Shown here in pieces: positions 56,024-64,000 of a stretch of DNA of 64,000 bases. Position 1 is the first letter of the stretch. Every line of letters starts with the position of its first letter. The stretch covers positions 89,156,001-89,220,000 of the forward strand of contig OX597818.1 in the NCBI GenBank assembly GCA_951406725.2, read 5' to 3'. The translations under genes and the position numbers were made by a program. The notes under the pieces were generated by a model, which was not told the DNA's origin, ran no database searches, and was given only the letters and a program-made list of their open reading frames with translations. The DNA comes from Octopus vulgaris. Taxonomy: Eukaryota.

Positions 56024-56795
56024 TATGCAAAAAAAAAATAATGAAGATGACGTTATTAAATAAATATAATTAAAGATCTTAGGTATTTGCTTTTTGTTTT
56101 TGTATTTTTAATTTTTTTTTGTTATTTTATATTAAATTTTCTATTTGCATGTATCTTGCTATTATTTTGATTTGCCTTTTTGCTAGTTATTTGTTTTGTT
56201 TTCTGGGGAGAGGGTTAGTACTGTATTTTTTGCTGTTTTGTTTTCGAGAATTTTTGATGTGGGGTTTTGGGGAGGTTTTTGAGATCTTTTTTGTTTTTGT
56301 TTTTGTCTTTTATTTGTGTTTTTTTGTTTTTTGTTTGTTCTTGGTGGGAGTGGAGTTCAGGTGCGATGGCATGTTGTAAAGAATTACTGGAGACCTGTAG
56401 CGCGAATGGCACCATGGAAGGAGGCGCCAAAGAAGATGGGAGAGACGAGAGACGTGGTGATTCTAAGGATAAGGAAAAGAAAAAAGAGGATGGGAGGGGT
56501 GTTATCAGCGGAGGGAGTCTGGGATATAGAGATAGACAGAGGGGGTGGGAGATAGGGGGGAGTAAGAGAAAGATAATTAAATAAGTGAATTAATGGAAAG
56601 GGATATACAAACATGGGACTAATTTGGCTGGTTTCGTTCACGTGCGTATATATGTATACAAATATGCATATCTATGCATGTGTATATACATATATACGTA
56701 CATGCATACATACTTCCCATATTCACACAGGTGACTGTGTATTTATGTATGTATGTATGTATGTATGTGTGTGTATATATGTATGTATATACACG

Positions 56796-56831
<36 letters not shown>

Positions 56832-57179
56832 ATGTGTGTATATATAAAAGGCAGGATGTGTGTGTGTATGTATGTACGTGAATTTAATTTATGCACGTCC
56901 ACAAATTAGCACGCATGTCGTTCCAATTTTAGGAGGACATTCGTTATGAGCCTAGCTGTATTTTCGTCAACATATTTTTCCCAGAGGCACCAGCGAATAG
57001 CTGTAAATATAAATTTTCAACCAAAACTTTTAACAATTTTCAAGTCGGAGATATCACCATTCTTTGCAAACAGGAGTTAAGTCCCCTTCTAGCGACGAGT
57101 AAGTTTTTGTTAAGACTTTTGTTGTTCTTTTTCTTTTTTCATCGAGGAAAAAAGTGTTTTGTTGATATACGGGCAACAC

Positions 57180-57229
<50 letters not shown>

Positions 57230-57332
57230 ACATGTATGCGTACAAAAAACATGTATTTAATAGGTGTACGTACGTACGTGTGTGTATGTGTGTGTGTGTA
57301 CGTGCGTGCGTGTGTGTGTGTGTGTGTGTTGC

Positions 57333-57623
<291 letters not shown>

Positions 57624-57821
57624 CAGATATATATAAATATATATATACATATATATATACATTCGTATGTATATATATATATACTCGTATGTATATATAT
57701 ACACATTCGTATGTGTATATATATACAGATATATACACATACATATATGTATTTATGTACTCACACATACACAAACACACACACACATATAGATACTTAC
57801 ATATATACATACATACATACA

Positions 57822-57854
<33 letters not shown>

Positions 57855-58060
57855 CTAATCTAAAAAATTTCCGTTTGTGTGTTCCTTGTTAGTAGACTAA
57901 ATAGTGCAGTGTCGTATTAAAATGCTTCGACTTAATGTCTACTAAATCCACCTGGAGGCTATAGTAGAAGACATATGCTCAAGGGGCCATGCAGTAGGAC
58001 CGAAGCCGGAATCATGTGGTTGGGAATCAAACTTCTTACCACACAGCCAAACTTGCGCCT

Positions 58061-58276
58061 CTCTTTTCTCTTTTACTTGTTTCAGTCATTTGATAGCGGC
58101 CATGCTGGAGCACCGCATTTGGTCGAGTAAATTGACCCAAGGACTTATTCTTTGGATGCCTGTTACTTATTCTATCGTTCTCTTTTGCCGACCCGCTAAT
58201 GTTACGGGGACGTAAACACACCACCATCAGTTGTCAAGTGATGTTGGGGGACAAACACAGACACACAAACATATAT

Positions 58277-58321
<45 letters not shown>

Positions 58322-58486
58322 TACGATGGGCTTCTTTCAGTTTCCGTCTAGCAAATCCACTCACAAGGTTTTGGTCGGCTCGAGGCTATAGTAGAATGCA
58401 CTTGCCTAAGGTGCCACGCAGTGGGAATGAACCCGGAACTATGTGGTTGGTAAGCAAGCTACTTACCACACAGCCACTCCTGCGTC
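58061..58486 (-). mobile_element. SINE family A, full length
   Basis: Complete reverse-complement copy. Confidence 0.9.
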
Positions 58487-58531
58487 TGTATATTTGCATA
58501 ATACATATATACATAGATGTGTGCGCGTGTT

Positions 58532-58623
<92 letters not shown>

Positions 58624-58946
58624 CACGTGTGTTTACTGAAACACAAACGAAAAGAAGGCGTATTTTGATGCATAAACATACGCAGATACATTTACACAAA
58701 AGATATTTTTGAAGATTGACACATGCATACGGACCCCGACGCACAGAGATTTATCTCGCACAAAAGTCTCACCCTCTCTTATTACACCCTTGTCTCTCAT
58801 TATCTACCTCTCTTTCACTATCTCTATCTATCTTTGTCTTTCTCTCGCTCAGAATCTCTCTATTCTGAAACCGCCTCCCTTAATCACATACCGTCTCATA
58901 CACTTATCAATATGTGAACAATGTCAATGCCTGCATGTATATAGTA

Positions 58947-59513
58947 TTGGGTTGTCCGGAAAGTTCGTGCCGATTCATAGTAGCTTACATTTCGACTTAT
59001 TTTAGAACATGGTTGAGTCCATAAAATAGGATTTTACTGTGCCTCCATTCAGAGCACAGTTTAAGCTATCTTTTCGTGGAAGAAGGTTTATGTTCCTATA
59101 ACCTGTGTTAATTTTTTGACCCTTTAAAATGGAAGATAAGAAAGTTCATTTTCGGCACTTGATGCTTTGGGAACCAGACAAAAATTGCTGCAGCTCGGCT
59201 GCGATGTGTTACCCCACCCTTCATATTCACCAGATATTTGCTCCTTCGGATTTCCACTTATTCAGGTCTCTGCAGAATAATCTAAATGGTAAAAATCCCA
59301 ATTCCTTGGATGACATAAAAAGATATTTTGATGAATTCTTTGCCATGAAATCACCTCAATTCTGGGAAGAGGGTATTTTCAAGAGAAAGGAAAAATGGAG
59401 ACGCATTGTGCAACAAAATGGTTCATATTTGGTTGATTAAATATGTAATGGCAAGTATTTATTGACCTTTTTCTTTCCTTTAAAAATCGGCATTAACTTT
59501 CCGGACAACCCAA
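58947..59513 (+). mobile_element. Non-autonomous mariner deletion derivative, 567 bp, second copy
   Basis: TIRs TTGGGTTGTCCGGAAAGTT / AACTTTCCGGACAACCCAA; ORF 59129-59440 is homologous to 7107-7418. Confidence 0.95.
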
Positions 59514-59526
59514 AATAAACATGTAG

Positions 59527-59599
<73 letters not shown>

Positions 59600-59873
59600 C
59601 TCTGTCTATCTTACACCAAACATACACACATACACATATCCTCTATAAACATGTTGAATGTATATCTACATTTGTTTACATACACATATACGTATGCGTA
59701 TGCGTGTCTGTGTTTGCGAGTGTGTACATGTCTGTACATTTATATATGCACAGAGGAGAGAAACAGACAGACAGAGAATCAGAGTGTGCATGTAGGCCTA
59801 TATGCATGAGTGTGTATGTATGTATATGTTTAATATTAGCATACAGTATGCATATTTGTGTGTGTGTGTGTTC

Positions 59874-59932
<59 letters not shown>

Positions 59933-59987
59933 CATACATATATACATTCGTGTAAAAAGTAAGTATGAATATATATATATTTATATA

Positions 59988-60173
59988 TATATTATAAAAA
60001 TTAGAGACAAAACCACTATTATGCAAATCAAACAAAGAAAGACTTATGCCAATACATAAAAATTTATATAAATATTGTTAAATTTTAATTTATATAAATT
60101 TTTATGTATTGGCATAAGTCTTTCTTTGTTTGATTTGCATAATAGTGGTTTTGTCTCTAATTTTTATAATATA
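59988..60173. repeat. Hairpin with 86-bp arms and a 14-nt loop
   Basis: 59988-60073 is mirrored by 60088-60173; related single-arm sequence at ~40652-40700. Confidence 0.95.
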
Positions 60174-60247
60174 ATATTTTACTATAAAATTGGATTCAAT
60201 CTTAAATCTGATTTTTCCTTGTAAATTTGGATTTATTCCCTAATATT

Positions 60248-60283
<36 letters not shown>

Positions 60284-60424
60284 GTAAATACATATATAAA
60301 TGCAGACATATATAGTTCATACGTATGTGCATGTATATATTATATATATTATGTCTTTGAATAAATACATGTATTTATAAGTATTTTTATATATTTCTAA
60401 TTGTATATGTCTACATCAGATTTT

Positions 60425-61500
60425 ATACAAAGTTCTGTCCGATTTTTACCATTCATTTATAATACAAACATGATAATTAATTCTGCAAATTGTAAATTTT
60501 AATCGCCTATATTACTTCTTTCATTTTCTATCTATTTAGAAGTTGTATCCATCAGTTTATAACTTTTTGAATGCTTGACTTAAAAATTTATTTTTGGATT
60601 CGAATTAAAATATATATTTCAGTCATTCTCTACGTCTTCTCTGCTGACCATACACTTCCCATCCAAATTTCTTGATAAATAGAGGCCTAATGAAAGAAGA
60701 TCTAGAAACATATGGATGACCTTACATTAGTATTTCCAATTGAACGATTCCGGAATATTTTTAGTGACTTGTGATGAGGGGTCAAGTATTATCTTGACGA
60801 AAGACACTTCTTTGGTTTATTAATGCAGAATTGTTTCTCTTCAAACCGTGAATTTACCAATACTAGACTGCAGTAGCGATTGCTTGTTCCGGTACTGGAA
60901 GATCATCATGAATAATTTCCACCCATTTCTTTCCAAACAATAAAATTTGTTTGGGTGAAATCTGTTAAGCATTTCTCCCTGCGTGCTAACAATTCTGCCA
61001 GCTCACCGCCTTCTGCAGTATATAATATCGCTGTGATAAAAGAAGAAAATCCCTATTCACCTCCAGTCATGATCTAATTTAAAACCTATGCTTGTAGCTT
61101 ACGTGCATGGAGCGAATCACAAGTCAAGTATTTATGAACGATTTGCTGCCGAAAGAGCATGCGGAACCCATTTTCTCTTGGCATCTTCAAATGGTCATGA
61201 ATGGTCATAATGCTAACATTAAATTCAATTGAAAGCTCTCTCACTACCACAGCAGGATTCCTTACAACTGTGCTCGCTCACATTTCTTCACTCAATTCGA
61301 AAGGACGACCTGATCGAGGATCATAAAGCAAACTGAAATTGGTTTGACTAAATTTTTCAAACACTTCTGCAAATTCTTTTATTTACTTTATCCTAATCAT
61401 AAACCTATTCAATATATGTAACAACTTTACTTTGTGAAACTTGTAAAGCATAACGTGTGGAATATCTTCGTTGTTTTCTTCCGTGAAGTGAACCGATTTT
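60425..61500 (-). mobile_element. Heavily decayed mariner transposase interrupted by a SINE piece
   Basis: Minus-strand motifs PRSGRP, WVPHAL (ending at 61170), IMTGGE and VFRQDNT occur in the correct order. Confidence 0.75.
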
Positions 61501-61503
61501 CAT

Positions 61504-61929
61504 AGCAGTGGCTGTGTAATAAGCAGCTTGCTTACCAACCACATGGTTCCGGGTTCAGTCCCACTGTGTGGCACCTTGGGCAAGTGTCTTCTACTATAGC
61601 CTAGGGCCGACCAAAGCCTTGTGAGTGGATTTGGTAGACGGAAACTGAAAGAAGCCCGTCGTAAATATGTATATGTATATGTGTGTGTGTACGTATGTGT
61701 TTGTGTGTGTGTGTGTGTGTGTGTATTTGTCCCCCCAACATCGCTTGACAACACTTGCTGGTGTGTTTACGTCCCCGTAACTTAGCGGTTCGGCAAAAGA
61801 GACCGATAGAATAAGTACTAGGCTTACAAAGAATAAGTCCTGGGGGTAGATTTGCTCGACTAAAAGCGGTGCTCCAGCATGGCCACTGTCAAATGACTGA
61901 AACAAATAAAAGAGTAAAAGAGTAAAGAG
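61504..61929 (+). mobile_element. SINE family A, full length
   Basis: Head, core, TG tract and tail (AGTAAAAG)n. Confidence 0.92.
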
Positions 61930-62510
61930 CATATATACATATATATAAGCTTCCCGTTATATATATATATATATATATATAAATTGTATATATGGATACA
62001 TAGATGAGCGTTTCTAAGTATATGTGTTCGGAACAATTGTATATATTATTAGTTTTCTTTTGCAAAGACATTTTCTATAGTAAATAAGTAATGACTTACA
62101 TAAATTTCAATAAATTCATAAAAGATACCCTTTCGCAAATTCCGAAAAATGTTCTATTACGACGTTATTTCATTGCTAATTTTTTTTTTTTTTAATGCAG
62201 ATTATTCAAGGGAAGTAATAGATTAAAACTTTTGATATAGTTCTATTATGACGTCATAATCTGTGGAATTTTCTTATCCTCTACTCATATAAATATGGAG
62301 CACAATTTTGTTTTCATTTTCATACTTTAATGTTTCAGCAGACAGCAGCATCGAGTATATATACGCTATTGTCTATAATCGGTAAAGCATCGAAATGTGT
62401 GGCCGACTGTATGGTGAGTAAGCATATACATACGCGCAAAGAATCGTTCATACACATACATACACACACTTATATATACACACACACACACACACATACA
62501 CACACGTACC

Positions 62511-62550
<40 letters not shown>

Positions 62551-62596
62551 TATATATATATATGTATGTATATATCTATGTATGTATATATCTATG

Positions 62597-62656
<60 letters not shown>

Positions 62657-63629
62657 CACACACGTACATATGTGTGTGCGTGCATATATGTGTTACCACC
62701 TTCTTTACCTTCAACAGGATTTGCTTTTATTGTTTTGTATTTTTTTGTTTTTGTCTTTTTGAGTTTTTTTATTTTACTTTTTGTTCTATTCAGATGTCTG
62801 TCCGCTTTCTAGTCCTTCAGGACATTTTCCACCATTGCGTTACTATACATATACTTAGTCTCAAGCTGCCCGGCCTTCATTTTCTTCATATATTGTTCAT
62901 TTTATTTGTATATTCTCATTTATTTGTCGCGTTTTTTTTTTTCTCACTGTCCTCAACATTTGCTCGCTTTTCCCAACTTCTTTTCCCTGTTGTCGCCAAC
63001 AAAAAGAAATAATATTATCGCGAAAGGCGTGAAACTATAATGGGTTTTTTGGACGATAACTAACGAAGAAAGAGGATGTTCATGTCAAGTCTGAATTTTC
63101 CGTTCGTTCCTCTGTCGAGCCGCTGTGTAATTTTTGAAACTTATATATGATGGGTTCCCCAGTCCATTTCAACATATGCCATCTAACAACCAATTCAGCT
63201 TATTCAATTTATTCAGTCGGGTATGCCGTTTTAATCCCACATAGAATAATCAAAGGAGTCCGCAGATCGTGTGAAGCTGTGGATTACGAGACAATGTTTC
63301 TACTATGATTGATAGATATAATACTAGTCTTTATGCGGTACGACGATCTTTTCGACCCATCCTACCACTGTCCGATATGGGTAGGATATTGTGCAAAAAT
63401 CTGTGCAGTTGGTGTCACATCAGGTACATGCATAAAGGAGATGTTCTCCTAGGCATGTTGTTCTTGCTCGTTTCCTTCAATTATTATCTCAGCTAAGACT
63501 GCGGAATTGCTGACGTAGATCCAGAGGAAATATATCCCAGCTGTGGATGATACCAAGCAGCCCAAACTGTGAATGTGTTTTGCTCAACACATTGATTGAT
63601 ATATACCCATTAATCCCAAAAAATTACAT

Positions 63630-63660
<31 letters not shown>

Positions 63661-63692
63661 GCAAATAAGTAACAAGGATGTCAAGGTATTCG

Positions 63693-63770
63693 TGCATTAC
63701 GGCCGTTTCAGGGGCTCCGTTTAATCGAAGCATTACATCAATTTGAAATACAACGCTTTCTTCGGATGCA
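63693..63770 (-). ncRNA. Type I hammerhead motif with C4 and an enlarged domain II
   Basis: Minus strand: TGCAT-CCGAAGA-[49 nt with hairpins]-GAAA-CGGCCG-TA-ATGCA. Confidence 0.7.
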
Positions 63771-63837
63771 TAAGACCGTATAATACTGGACAGACTTGGT
63801 GCCTCAACTTAAGCACCTAATTCAACTGATCTTATTT

Positions 63838-63888
<51 letters not shown>

Positions 63889-64000
63889 TAAAGAAAATGG
63901 AGAGTGTAAACACAAAAAAAATCAGTTTATATATAATAGTCAATTTCATGTCGCCTACGCACGTTTCAATTCCCGCCTTCATTCATATTTTACAATTAAA

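Noticed and set aside
61996-62045. TAGATGA...GGAA-CAATTG-TA hammerhead-like string
   Set aside because: Three core deviations; cannot be distinguished from chance in AT-rich DNA

Overview
AT-rich animal genomic DNA saturated with microsatellites. The repeat landscape suggests an octopus-like cephalopod; this is inference, not verified. No intact host gene is visible, and almost all ORFs in the track are microsatellite translations. The window is a patchwork of three tRNA-headed SINE families, decayed DNA transposons (a full-length DD36E Tc1-like element, mariner derivatives, a pogo/Tigger remnant, a Helitron end, and a long-TIR MITE with an 8-bp TSD that carries telomere-like repeats), and non-LTR fragments (Tx1-like and Dong/R4-like). 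The most striking unexplained signal is a dense set of about nine well-formed type I hammerhead-ribozyme folds, plus decayed ones. They lie in short, mostly unrelated units between (TA)n tracts, often next to fold-back inverted repeats. Their stem III segments are mostly palindromic, and their cores covary at the tertiary 3-8 pair: canonical C3-G8, U3-A8 three times and G3-C8 once. Position-4 variants also recur. All folds and translations were parsed by eye.
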